DNA from: Anaerolineales bacterium UBA5797 | Lineage (GTDB): Bacteria > Chloroflexota > Anaerolineae > Anaerolineales > Villigracilaceae | Direction of reading: 5' to 3' | Assembly: GCA_002418205.1 (NCBI GenBank) | Contig: DIDP01000008.1 | Coordinates: 129,123-193,122 of the forward strand | Length of the DNA: 64,000 nt | Part shown: piece after piece, positions 26,080 to 36,452 of the stretch | Layout of the letters: each line of letters begins with the position of its first letter | Numbering within the stretch: position 1 is the stretch's first letter | Position numbers and translations under genes: made by a program | Notes under the pieces: model-generated | Databases searched by the model: none | Seen by the model: only the letters and a program-made list of their open reading frames with translations | Told to the model about the DNA's origin: nothing

Positions 26080-28611
26080 ATGAAATTACCAATTTCTTGG
26101 CTGAAAGACTTTATCGACCTTGACGGTCTCTCCGTCGAAGAAATAGCCCGCAAGTTGACCCTCGCCGGATTGGAAGTGGAGGAGATCAAGTACGTCGGTT
26201 TGCCAGTGTCCGGCGCATCCGCCGAGGGCATGCACTCCAGCGAGCGGCACGAGTTCAAGACCAGCGGCATTGGCTGGGACCGCGAAAAGATCGTCGTGGC
26301 GGAGATCCGTGAGGTCAACCCGCATCCCAACGCGGACCGTTTGACCCTGCTCGATCTGTACGATGGGCAGCAATCCCAGGTTGTTCTCACCGGCGCGCCG
26401 AACATCTTCCATTTGAAGGGTACAGGCAAACTTGCCAGGCCGATCAAAGTGGCGTATGCCAAGGAAGGCTCGACCATCTACGACGGTCACACAGACGGAC
26501 TGGTTCTCACCACCCTCAAACGCGCCAAGATCCGCGGTGTTGAATCCTACTCGATGGTTTGCTCGGAAAAGGAACTGGGCATTTCTGAGGAACATGAGGG
26601 CATCATCATTCTCGATGACGATGCTCCGGTCGGCATGCCGCTTGTGGATTACATGGGCGATGCGGTTTTGGATATTTCCATTCTGCCGAACATGGCACGC
26701 AATGCGAGCGTCATCGGTGTTGCGCGTGAACTCGCTGCGTTGACGGGGCGCGAGCTTAAAAAGCCGAGCATCGAATACAAGACCCACGGTGAATCCGTTG
26801 AAAAACTGGCGTCCATCCAGATCACGGAGCCCGAACTCAACCCGCGCTTTGTGCTTGGGCTGATCCGCAACGTGGAGATCAAACCGAGTCCGTATAAGAC
26901 CCAGCGGCGTTTGCGGCTGGCAGGCATCCGCCCCATCAACAACATTGTGGACGCGACCAATTACGCCATGCTCGATCAGGGCGAGCCTCTCCATGCTTTT
27001 GACTACGATGTACTCAAGGAACGTGCAGGTAATAAGAACGTCAAGATCATCACCCGCGCCGCGAAAGATGGCGAAAAACTCACCACGCTCGATGACGTGG
27101 AGCGCAAACTGACCTCCGCCAATGTTTTGGTCTGCGATGAAAAGGGTCCGCTTTCGATCGCAGGTGTGATGGGTGGCGCCGAGTCTGAGGTCTCGGATGG
27201 GACGCGCAACATCCTGCTCGAAGGCGCGGCATGGAATTTCATCAACATCCGAAAAACCGCGAAACAGCATAATCTTCCGTCCGAGGCGTCGTTCCGGTTC
27301 TCGCGCGGCGTGCATCCCTCGCTGGCGGAGACCGGCGTCCGGCGCGGGTTGCAGCTTATGGCGGAATGGTCAGGTGGGGAGGTCGCGCCCGGGCTCGTGG
27401 ACGCATATCCGCTCAAACCGAAGGATTCGGTGGTGGATGTCACGCCTCAGGATGTCAAACGCCTGCTTGGCATCGATCTCACGGTTGAACAGATTTCCGA
27501 ACTGCTCACGCGGCTTGAATTCAAATGCGAAATCACCAAAGACGGACTGCGCGTTACCGCTCCTTCGCATCGCCTCGATATTGGCGAGGGCGTCGTCGGT
27601 CTGGCGGATGTGCTCGAAGAAGTTGCGCGCAGTTATGGCTACGATAACATCCCCGAAACGCGCATGGCTGATGCGCTCCCGCCGCAGATCGGCAATCCGG
27701 TCCACGAGTGGGAGGAACACCTGCGCGATATTCTCGTCAGTCTTGGCTTGCAGGAGATCGTGAGTTATCGACTGACCTCGCCCGAGCGTGAAAGCCGCGT
27801 GGCGCAATATGACGAATACGTCACGCTTGCCAACCCCATCACGCCTGACCGACGCGTCATGCGCCGCAACCTGGTTGCGTCCGTGCTGGAGGTGGTGGAA
27901 CACAACGCCCGCGCCGAGTCGAATGCCTTGTTCGAGCTCGGTCCCGTCTTTGAGCCTGTTGAAAACGATTTGCCGGACGAACCGCGCAGGCTTGTCCTTG
28001 CGATGACCGGATCAAGAGAGGCGCTGGCGTGGGATGTGAAGGACTCCCCGAACTTCGATTTCTACGACATGAAGGGGCGCGTCGAACTCCTTTTGAGCGG
28101 TCTCCGTTACACGGACGTTGTCTACGCTCCGACCGACACCGTTAATTATTTGCATCCCGGCAAAGCAGCAGAAGTGAGAGTCAATGACAAGGTTGTGGGT
28201 GTGTTCGGTGAATTGCATCCGCTGGTCAAGGACAGATATGAAGTCGAGGATGCTCCCATCCTAGTGGCGGAATTCGATCTGGACGTTTTGCACGCGGTTT
28301 CACCGGGCTATGAGATCAAACCTGTCCCCGATGTCCCGCCCGTCCTTGAGGATATTGCCGTGATCGTGGATGAATCAGTTCCGGCATCCAGAGTGGAGGC
28401 GTTGATCCGTCAGACCGGCGGCAGGGTGCTGACAAATGTCAGGCTGTTCGATCTCTATCGCGGCGAACAGATCGGCGCGGGCAAAAAGAGCCTCGCCTAC
28501 AGCCTGACGTATCAGTCTGATAAAACGATGACCGATGCCGAGGCGGCCGCGATCCGTAACAAGATCGTCAAGCGGCTGGAGCATGAGGTCAAAGCGAAGT
28601 TGAGAAGTTGA
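26080..28611 (+). CDS. pheT: Phenylalanine--tRNA ligase beta subunit
   Basis: 843-aa ORF immediately after pheS. N-terminal MKLPISWLKDFIDL... is typical of PheT, and the length fits the tRNA-binding, B3/4, B5 and FDX-ACB architecture. Confidence 0.95.
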   Translation: MKLPISWLKDFIDLDGLSVEEIARKLTLAGLEVEEIKYVGLPVSGASAEGMHSSERHEFKTSGIGWDREKIVVAEIREVNPHPNADRLTLLDLYDGQQSQVVLTGAPNIFHLKGTGKLARPIKVAYAKEGSTIYDGHTDGLVLTTLKRAKIRGVESYSMVCSEKELGISEEHEGIIILDDDAPVGMPLVDYMGDAVLDISILPNMARNASVIGVARELAALTGRELKKPSIEYKTHGESVEKLASIQITEPELNPRFVLGLIRNVEIKPSPYKTQRRLRLAGIRPINNIVDATNYAMLDQGEPLHAFDYDVLKERAGNKNVKIITRAAKDGEKLTTLDDVERKLTSANVLVCDEKGPLSIAGVMGGAESEVSDGTRNILLEGAAWNFINIRKTAKQHNLPSEASFRFSRGVHPSLAETGVRRGLQLMAEWSGGEVAPGLVDAYPLKPKDSVVDVTPQDVKRLLGIDLTVEQISELLTRLEFKCEITKDGLRVTAPSHRLDIGEGVVGLADVLEEVARSYGYDNIPETRMADALPPQIGNPVHEWEEHLRDILVSLGLQEIVSYRLTSPERESRVAQYDEYVTLANPITPDRRVMRRNLVASVLEVVEHNARAESNALFELGPVFEPVENDLPDEPRRLVLAMTGSREALAWDVKDSPNFDFYDMKGRVELLLSGLRYTDVVYAPTDTVNYLHPGKAAEVRVNDKVVGVFGELHPLVKDRYEVEDAPILVAEFDLDVLHAVSPGYEIKPVPDVPPVLEDIAVIVDESVPASRVEALIRQTGGRVLTNVRLFDLYRGEQIGAGKKSLAYSLTYQSDKTMTDAEAAAIRNKIVKRLEHEVKAKLRS

Positions 28612-28616
28612 ACCGA

Positions 28617-28650
28617 ACGGGCAGGCCATGACGGTCTGCCCGTTTTTTTT
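28617..28650 (+). terminator. Rho-independent terminator of pheST
   Basis: ACGGGCAG (28617..28624) / CTGCCCGT (28636..28643) followed by a T8 run. Confidence 0.85.
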
Positions 28651-28682
28651 GTGTATACTGGAAAGCAAGAAAGGAGATGTAA

Positions 28683-28973
28683 ATGAATCGCACAACTGCC
28701 ATGATCGTAACAATCGTCTCTGCGTTGGCTTGCGGCATTCCATCGTTGGTATTGATGTGTCTTGGTGTGCTGGCGCTGTTCGGGGCGCAGGTGCCGGAGG
28801 TGATGGCGCAAAACCCGGGATCGACACCTCAGGATGTCATGTTGGGGGCGGCGATGTTCCTGTGCTTTGGAGGGGTCTTGTTGGTCATTCCCATTTTGGT
28901 TGGCGTGTTCTCTTTCCGGTTGAGCAAAAAGGAAGAGGCCGACGAGATCTCATATATTCCGCCAGCTTCCTGA
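28683..28973 (+). CDS. Small membrane protein (96 aa)
   Basis: RBS AAAGGAG upstream. Hydrophobic helices (MIVTIVSALACGIPSLVLMCLGVLALF; AAMFLCFGGVLLVIPILVGVF). Confidence 0.6.
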   Translation: MNRTTAMIVTIVSALACGIPSLVLMCLGVLALFGAQVPEVMAQNPGSTPQDVMLGAAMFLCFGGVLLVIPILVGVFSFRLSKKEEADEISYIPPAS

Positions 28974-28976
28974 AAG

Positions 28977-29007
28977 CAAAAAACGGCGGACACATATCCG
29001 CCGTTTT
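28977..29007. terminator. Bidirectional terminator hairpin between convergent genes
   Basis: ACGGCGGA (28983..28990) / TCCGCCGT (28997..29004), with an A-run upstream and a T-run downstream. Confidence 0.7.
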
Positions 29008-29025
29008 CATTCATTGATAAACAGG

Positions 29026-29685
29026 TCATTTCACTACGATGGTCAGGCTGACCCGGCAGAATTCCTCCGACCCCGCCTTCAACGTCCAGTAGGTGGTGTA
29101 GGTGCCGGAATTCTTGGGCGCCTCCATGTCTGCGATCAAATCCACAATATCTCCGACTTTCGTATTCTTGCCTAGATCGTAGCCTGAGACTTTGTGGAAT
29201 TTATCGCCGCCATCATAGACGAAATCCACGCTGCCCTTATCCCATTCCTTTTTGCCGATATTCTTGACCCGCCACTTTGCATCAAAGTCTGTGCGCCCGT
29301 TGTAAACTGTCCCATTTGCCGGGCTGACACTGACAAGTTCGCAGGCGTAATTCTTATTGCTTGTGGACGAACCGCCTGTACTCGTATTGGTTGCCAGCAC
29401 GATGGGGGTCGGGCTTTTCAATATGAAGACCACGGTGTTTGTGGCAGTGGGTTCCTCTGTCTCGGTGCTGGTTGGAGTGGGCGTGAGCGTGGCAGTGGAT
29501 GTGGATGTTGGGATGGCGGCGCTCGTCTGTGTGGCTGCGGCATTCGCGGTCTGTGCAATGTAGGTATTGATCAAGCCCGGGTCGATCGTGGGGATGGAGG
29601 ATGTGGAGGGCAGGGCTGGTACACATGCCAAGACGATGACCAGGGCGAGCAGCCAGATCAGGATATTCGATTTACGCGTCGACAT
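29026..29685 (-). CDS. Secreted lipoprotein with C-terminal NBR1-like Ig-fold domain
   Basis: 219-aa ORF with lipobox-like VIVLACVPA and a Thr/Ser-rich linker. The C-terminal FDAKWRVKNIGKKEWDKGSVDFVY...GDIVDLIADMEAPKNSGTYTTYWTL resembles the NBR1/Ig-like W-x-V-x-N-x-G-x-x-W pattern (recalled). Confidence 0.7.
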   Translation of the reverse strand: MSTRKSNILIWLLALVIVLACVPALPSTSSIPTIDPGLINTYIAQTANAAATQTSAAIPTSTSTATLTPTPTSTETEEPTATNTVVFILKSPTPIVLATNTSTGGSSTSNKNYACELVSVSPANGTVYNGRTDFDAKWRVKNIGKKEWDKGSVDFVYDGGDKFHKVSGYDLGKNTKVGDIVDLIADMEAPKNSGTYTTYWTLKAGSEEFCRVSLTIVVK

Positions 29686-29723
29686 GTTTTCCTCTCACAG
29701 ATGATTCCGGGCGGGACAATCCG

Positions 29724-30371
29724 TTATTTTTCCACGATGATGCGCACATACGGGAAGCAGAAACCTCCCTCGATCACCCAGACCATGACCTGATAGCCTT
29801 CGTCTGCGGGCGCGGTCGCATCCATCACCACGCTGTATTGATCTCCGGGTTTCATTTCCGGCAGTTCGATGCGGTTGATGTTTGTCATTTGGGGACCGGT
29901 CTGATACTTGAGGTCGAGCCCCTTTGCCCAGGTTTTCGTCCCGGTGTTGACAATGGTCCATTTGACATCGAAGGTATCTTTGGGCTTGAAGTAGGTATCA
30001 TCATACGGTCTTTGACCGATGATATCGCAGGCGTACTCCGGCTTGACGGTGGTACCGCCACCGCCGCCACCGCTGGAGGAGGATGTCGGCGGCACGATGA
30101 CGAACGGGGTCGCGGTCGGGATGAGCGGGGTTGGGGTATCGACCGCGCCAATCTCGGTTTGAGTCGGAAGCGGCGTATTGGAGGGTACGATCAAAGCTTG
30201 TTGTTCGGTCGCCTGTGCGTTTTGCGCGGCAACGGTCAAGGCAACGGATTCCTGGATCTGCCGTTGGATTTCCGCCGGGTCCTGGGTGGGAGCCGGGGCG
30301 GGCGCGCAGGCGGCGATCAGGAAGATGATCGCCATCATTGGGAACAGCACGCGCTTGATTGGTTGATTCAT
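29724..30371 (-). CDS. Secreted lipoprotein with C-terminal NBR1-like Ig-fold domain (paralogue of 29026..29685)
   Basis: Start re-picked at MNQPIKRVLFPMMAIIFLIAACAP, with AAGGAG upstream; the track start at 30596 would overlap kamA. C-terminal FDVKWTIVNTGTKTWAKGLDLKY...GDQYSVVMDATAPADEGYQVMVW. Confidence 0.7.
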   Translation of the reverse strand: MNQPIKRVLFPMMAIIFLIAACAPAPAPTQDPAEIQRQIQESVALTVAAQNAQATEQQALIVPSNTPLPTQTEIGAVDTPTPLIPTATPFVIVPPTSSSSGGGGGGTTVKPEYACDIIGQRPYDDTYFKPKDTFDVKWTIVNTGTKTWAKGLDLKYQTGPQMTNINRIELPEMKPGDQYSVVMDATAPADEGYQVMVWVIEGGFCFPYVRIIVEK

Positions 30372-30390
30372 AATTGTCTCCTTGGTTTGT

Positions 30391-31728
<1,338 letters not shown>

Positions 31729-31975
31729 ATTTTCCTCCGAAATTGATTATGATTTGAACAACGCTAAATCGACAAACGATACAGGACTATTCTGCGGAGG
31801 ATCGTGATCGGGCCTGAAAAATCCGGCGAACTTTAATTTCATGTTGGTATTGTAAGAGGAAACAAAAGGCAGGTCAATGATAACTTTGGCGGGGCGGATT
31901 TTGCCCGCAAAATTGTGTTTCAATTCACAAATTGCGCCGAAAGTGGGTACAATGGAATCGAGAAAAGGAGTGCAC

Positions 31976-32839
31976 ATGGCGAACATTGCTGTTCTGACCG
32001 ATTCCACCGCAAGCATTCCCGAGGAAATTCTAAAACGCTTGCACATTCGAACTGTTGCCTACTACATCCACCGCGGACAGGAAGTCCTTCGCGACCTTGT
32101 GACCATTCAACGCGAGGAATTCCTGCGCTGGATGATGACCGCCCGTTTCGTGCCAACCACAGCCTGCCCCGGACCCAACGATTATTTCGAAGCCTATAAG
32201 GGTTTGGCAGAGGAGGGCAGGGACGCGATCGTCAGCATCCACATGACCTCCAGGGCAAGCGGCGGCTATCAAGCCGCGACCGTCGCGCAGACCATGATGA
32301 GATCCGAATATCCGGACGTCCGGATCGAAGTGGTGGATACGCAGAACGTCTCGCTTTGCCAGGGATGGATGGTGATCGAAGCGGCGCGCGGCGCCTTGGC
32401 GGGTCTTTCCCTGGACCGGATCACTGCCACCGTTAAAAAGATGATCCCCATCACTCACATGATCCAGACCGCCGACACGCTCAAGTATCTGTATCTCGGC
32501 GGGCGCATTGGCAGGGCACAACATCTGGTAGGCAGTATGCTCAACATCAAACCGTTGATCGGCATGGATGACGGTGTGATCGTCCCGCTTGGGCGCACCC
32601 ACAGCCGCGGACAAGCCTACCAGCAAATGGCAGACATGGTCGCCGAGACCATCGGCAGGGGCAAAGCCAAGGTTGCCTACGTCCACGCCGGGGCGCAGTG
32701 CGAAGTGGAAAAGATCAAGCAACTCGTCGAATCGAAAGTGGATGTGGTCGAATCTTTCTTCGCGGAGCTTTCCCCCGCGCTGGCAGTCCACACCGGACCC
32801 GGCACCGCTGGGTTGTGTTACTACCCGGTGGAAGTGTAA
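31976..32839 (+). CDS. degV: DegV family fatty-acid-binding protein
   Basis: Start at MANIAVLTDSTASIPEE, with AAAGGAG upstream; the track start is 31877. The N-terminus and length (287 aa) are DegV hallmarks. Confidence 0.9.
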   Translation: MANIAVLTDSTASIPEEILKRLHIRTVAYYIHRGQEVLRDLVTIQREEFLRWMMTARFVPTTACPGPNDYFEAYKGLAEEGRDAIVSIHMTSRASGGYQAATVAQTMMRSEYPDVRIEVVDTQNVSLCQGWMVIEAARGALAGLSLDRITATVKKMIPITHMIQTADTLKYLYLGGRIGRAQHLVGSMLNIKPLIGMDDGVIVPLGRTHSRGQAYQQMADMVAETIGRGKAKVAYVHAGAQCEVEKIKQLVESKVDVVESFFAELSPALAVHTGPGTAGLCYYPVEV

Positions 32840-32920
32840 GCGTCTACTTTGCCACGGATCTCCCGGATTGGGTCCTGGTCAGGATCATCCTGGACAATTT
32901 TGAACCGCCGAGACTCGGCA

Positions 32921-32951
32921 ACACAGAGAAAATCAAAGAAAAACTCTGTGT
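32921..32951. repeat. Intergenic hairpin element (ACACAGAG-N15-CTCTGTGT)
   Basis: 8-bp perfect inverted repeat ACACAGAG (32921..32928) / CTCTGTGT (32944..32951) with an A-rich loop, followed by CTCAGTGTCTCCGTGG. Confidence 0.5.
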
Positions 32952-33129
32952 CTCAGTGTCTCCGTGGTAAAGAGCTCATGTTCAGCAAACAATTGACCAG
33001 AACAGGATCTCACAGATTCGCCATAAAAATTTGAATTTGTGGGATCAGTGGTTAAAAGATTCTGGGGAAATGGAACCACCAACACATTACCGGTGTATAA
33101 CTAACAAATGAACTCCCCGGAGAGACTCG

Positions 33130-33690
33130 TTGGATGAATCCCAATTGATCCAACGCGCCGCAAACGGCGATACGACAGCCTGGGAACCGTTGGTGGTCGC
33201 GCATCAGGAGGCGATATTCCGCTTCGCATACCTCCTGCTCGGCGATCCGGACGACGCGGAGGATATCGCCCAGGAAACATTTTTGCGCGCCTGGGATCAC
33301 CTCAAACGCTTCGATACGGCGCGTCCCCTCCGCCCGTGGTTGCTGACCATTACATCCAATCTGGCGAGCAACCGCCGCCGTTCCATCGGCAGATACATTT
33401 CAGCTCTCACGCGTGCCTTCCGTGACGATCCCGTGCCACCCAACATTGAAGAAAAAAGTCTGCAGCGCATCGAAGCCGATCATCTTTGGAAGGCGGTAAA
33501 GCAGCTGACCTTCACCGACCAGCAGATCGTGTATCTGCGTTACTTCCTTGACCTGTCCGTTACCGAAACAGCGGATGTTTTGCGCGTTGCCGAAGGCACG
33601 GTCAAGTCGCGCTTGAGCCGCGCCCTCGATAAACTGCGGAACATCATTCAACAGGATTTTCCTGTCCTGACCGAAGGACGTGAACCATGA
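33130..33690 (+). CDS. ECF-type sigma-70 family RNA polymerase sigma factor
   Basis: 186-aa ORF with a TTG start. Region 2 (FRFAYLLLGDPDDAEDIAQETFLRAW) and region 4 (VYLRYFLDLSVTETADVLRVAEGTVKSRLSRAL). Confidence 0.85.
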   Translation: MDESQLIQRAANGDTTAWEPLVVAHQEAIFRFAYLLLGDPDDAEDIAQETFLRAWDHLKRFDTARPLRPWLLTITSNLASNRRRSIGRYISALTRAFRDDPVPPNIEEKSLQRIEADHLWKAVKQLTFTDQQIVYLRYFLDLSVTETADVLRVAEGTVKSRLSRALDKLRNIIQQDFPVLTEGREP

Positions 33691-34490
33691 CCGATATGGA
33701 ATTCGAGAAGCAGATCCGTATCCTTGCCAATGGGATGGAATATCCCCGCACTCCCAATATCGCGGGAGATGTGACAAGGCGTCTTCGCTCCTCAATCCGT
33801 CCACGCTTCATCTCCCGGAAACTGGCCTGGTCGCTGACCATCATCCTGGTCCTCTTCTCGAGCCTGATGCTCATCCCGCCCGCCCGCGCCGCGATCCTCG
33901 AATTCATCCAGATCGGGATCGTCCGCATCTTCCCGCAGCCCGCAACGCCGACGATTGAAGCGGTCACCACCGCTACACCTCAAAGCATTCCAACTCCAGC
34001 CTCCGCGCCTGGATCCGATTCACAATTGCTTTTCCCATTCCTCGATAACATCGCGGGCGAGACCAAACTTGCCAACGCCCAACTGGCCGCCCCGTACCCG
34101 ATCCTGCTTCCAACCTATCCGCCGGAATTGGGTCAACCGAATCATGTCTATATCCAGGATGCGAACGGTGTCATGACGATCCTGGTTTGGGTGGACCCTC
34201 AACAACCCGAACTCGTGACCATGAGCCTGCACTTCATCCCAACGAACAGTTGGGCGATCAACAAAATGGGACCGGTCGTGATTCGGGAAACGCAGGTGAG
34301 CGGTCAGCGCGCGATCTGGGCGGTGGGACCCTATCCAATGGCCATGAGGGATGGCAATATCGAAATCACGCGTCTGATCGACGGTCACGTGCTGATCTGG
34401 GCGGATGGGAATATCACCTATCGTCTTGAAACCGGTTTGAGCTTGGAAGAGGCGGTTAAGGTCGCCGAATCGCTCCAGCCCATCCCATAG
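33687..34490 (+). CDS. Putative membrane-anchored anti-sigma factor
   Basis: ATGA overlap with the sigma gene. Short cytoplasmic N-terminus, one TM helix (LAWSLTIILVLFSSLMLIPP) and a roughly 190-aa external domain. The role is inferred from position only. Confidence 0.6.
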   Translation: MTDMEFEKQIRILANGMEYPRTPNIAGDVTRRLRSSIRPRFISRKLAWSLTIILVLFSSLMLIPPARAAILEFIQIGIVRIFPQPATPTIEAVTTATPQSIPTPASAPGSDSQLLFPFLDNIAGETKLANAQLAAPYPILLPTYPPELGQPNHVYIQDANGVMTILVWVDPQQPELVTMSLHFIPTNSWAINKMGPVVIRETQVSGQRAIWAVGPYPMAMRDGNIEITRLIDGHVLIWADGNITYRLETGLSLEEAVKVAESLQPIP

Positions 34491-34556
34491 TCCTGGAACC
34501 GAATCTCCACAGGCGGTGTATGGATATTGAAATTCCATTCGCCAAAGGAGGTACGA

Positions 34557-35150
34557 ATGTTTCTCCGGATTCGCAATGCGTTCGGTTTGAGTTTGTTGTT
34601 AAGTCTGGTCACTTCCGTCGCGGTCTTTGCCAAGGGAGGTTTCTCGTTCATCACGGTCAGCGGACCGCAACTGAAGGAGGCAGTCCGTGTTACTGACCCC
34701 GGGTTGACAACCGATTTCTTCGCTTTCGCCAACTTCTACGAGGACAGGATCAAAGAACCGTCAAATCCCGGCGAAGCCTACGAGATCATGCGCTTTTACA
34801 TCGATGACAAACGTGAGATCGCCTTCGACCGTTTGCTGTACTATCCCGAAACCGGTTTTGTATTCTATGACGGCATCATCAACGGCGAATCTGAATATGA
34901 CGACAAATGGTATACAGCCAATTCGAAGATAAAGCCATTGTTTGAAGCCGCGCTTGCCGCGGAAATCCAATCGATCATGCCGGCGGAAAAGAATCAACCT
35001 GTTCTATCGGCGTCTCAACCCGGGAACACAGATACCCAATTCCAGCCTGCTGGCACTTTTACCCAATATTTGCCCATCCCTTTGATCGCGCTCACGATAG
35101 CGTTGGCGGTCCTGATTTTCTTATGGCGGCGCAGGCTTTCCACATCATGA
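34557..35150 (+). CDS. Secreted protein with C-terminal membrane anchor, function unknown
   Basis: Start at MFLRIRNAFGLSLLLSLVTSVAVFA, with AAAGGAGG upstream. C-terminal helix LPIPLIALTIALAVLIFLW followed by RRR. Confidence 0.55.
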   Translation: MFLRIRNAFGLSLLLSLVTSVAVFAKGGFSFITVSGPQLKEAVRVTDPGLTTDFFAFANFYEDRIKEPSNPGEAYEIMRFYIDDKREIAFDRLLYYPETGFVFYDGIINGESEYDDKWYTANSKIKPLFEAALAAEIQSIMPAEKNQPVLSASQPGNTDTQFQPAGTFTQYLPIPLIALTIALAVLIFLWRRRLSTS

Positions 35151-35171
35151 ATTTCTTTGCGACCATCTTGC

Positions 35172-35202
35172 ACGGACAGTGATTGATTCACTGTCCGTTT
35201 TT
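35172..35202 (+). terminator. Rho-independent terminator
   Basis: 11-bp stem ACGGACAGTGA / TCACTGTCCGT, loop TTGAT, then TTTTT. Confidence 0.85.
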
Positions 35203-35237
35203 GTTTAACGATACAATCGTGAAAAAACGGAGGACAC

Positions 35238-36143
35238 ATGACCGACCCCGCTTCAACTCATGGACTTTGGGCTGATCTGTATCGCCCAAACATTTCCCTC
35301 TCCGACGCCGATTTTTCCGTGATCGGCGTTCCCTATGATGGATCTGCCTCCTCGCGGAAAGGCGCCGCGCTCGGTCCCGAACGGATCCGTTTCTGGTCCA
35401 CGCATCTGACACCGTTCAGCGAGGATCGGACGAGGCTCAGGAACATGCGCATTGCGGACCTGGGCGACATCCCGGTTGAGAGTCAGGAATCAAGCTTTGA
35501 CCTGATCCGGCAAAGGATTGCGGCACTGCCCAATATACCGATCATCCTCGGCGGCGATCATTCGATCAGCATCCCGGTTCTGCAGGCGCAGCGCGAGCGT
35601 TTTAAAGGACAGCGCCTCGGCTTGTTATGGGTGGATGCGCATCCCGATCTCTGTGATGTGTTCACGGATTCCAAACTCTCACATGCCTGCGTATTGCGTC
35701 GCGCGCTTGATGCAGGATACGACCCCGGTGAGGTCTGCCTGGTGGGGCTGCGTTCGTGGGAGGACCAGGAGATCGACCTGATCGAGAACGGCGGACTCAA
35801 TGTTTACACCGCGGCTGAGGTTGAAGAACGGGGGATGCATCGCATTGCCTCGGTTGTCCGCAGTAAGTTGAGCGATTGTGACGCCGTCCATATTTCACTG
35901 GACATCGACTGCCTCGACCCTGCCTTTGCACCAGGCACGGGCATACCTGATGCTGGCGGCTTGACCACCCGTGAAGTGATCGTGCTCCTCAAGGAATTGC
36001 AGGGATTGCCGCTCGTCGGTTTGGATCTGGTCGAGGTGGCGCCGCCGCTCGATCCCTCCGAGGCAACGGTCTTTGCGGCGCTGAAGATCATCATGGAATA
36101 TATTGCGGTCATTGCGCGCGAGAAACAAAAGCAAGGAGGTTAA
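35238..36143 (+). CDS. speB: Agmatinase / arginase-family ureohydrolase
   Basis: 301-aa ORF with Mn-ligand motifs GGDHSIS, VDAHPD and SLDIDCLDPAFAPGTG. Confidence 0.9.
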   Translation: MTDPASTHGLWADLYRPNISLSDADFSVIGVPYDGSASSRKGAALGPERIRFWSTHLTPFSEDRTRLRNMRIADLGDIPVESQESSFDLIRQRIAALPNIPIILGGDHSISIPVLQAQRERFKGQRLGLLWVDAHPDLCDVFTDSKLSHACVLRRALDAGYDPGEVCLVGLRSWEDQEIDLIENGGLNVYTAAEVEERGMHRIASVVRSKLSDCDAVHISLDIDCLDPAFAPGTGIPDAGGLTTREVIVLLKELQGLPLVGLDLVEVAPPLDPSEATVFAALKIIMEYIAVIAREKQKQGG

Positions 36144-36146
36144 TAC

Positions 36147-36452
36147 ATGGAAGTCAATTTGGATGAACTCGACGTAAAACAAAATCCGGACGAAAATCGT
36201 TTTGAAGCATGGATCGACAACAAACTCTCGAAACTGGATTACATTCAGGATGACAGGAACTTTGTGATCACTCATGTGGGGGTACATCCCGCTTTCAGGG
36301 GGCAGGGAGTGGCGGGGAAGATCACGCAGGTGGGGATCGAGTACGCCAAAAGGAACTCGCTGCGGGTTGTGCCCATGTGCTCCTATGCCGCGGCATATAT
36401 CCGCAGGCATCCGGAATATGCGGAATTGACCAAACAACGCGCGGACGAATGA
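36147..36452 (+). CDS. Small GNAT-like acetyltransferase (YjdJ type)
   Basis: 101-aa ORF. HVGVHPAFRGQGVAGKI...VVPMCSYAAAYIRRHPEY matches the YjdJ-type GNAT pattern (recalled). Confidence 0.75.
   Translation: MEVNLDELDVKQNPDENRFEAWIDNKLSKLDYIQDDRNFVITHVGVHPAFRGQGVAGKITQVGIEYAKRNSLRVVPMCSYAAAYIRRHPEYAELTKQRADE

Noticed and set aside
26086-27315. 409-aa minus-strand ORF antisense to pheT. Similar long shadow ORFs are at 30541..31527, 11496..12434, 19022..19951, 51832..52662, 52765..53571, 55249..56094, 20252..20890, 3206..3997 and 32030..32791.
   Set aside because: Each lies entirely inside a gene with clear family motifs on the other strand. Their translations are Arg/Gly/Asp/His-rich and low in information, as is typical of antisense frames in GC-rich DNA. 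None has an RBS or a recognisable motif.
31729-31975. Possible lysine (L-box) riboswitch upstream of lysine 2,3-aminomutase.
   Set aside because: The minus-strand leader is short and AT-rich, and it lacks the conserved L-box helices and the GAGGCGC-type core. It shows only ordinary promoter-like sequence and a small GCGGG/CCCGC hairpin.
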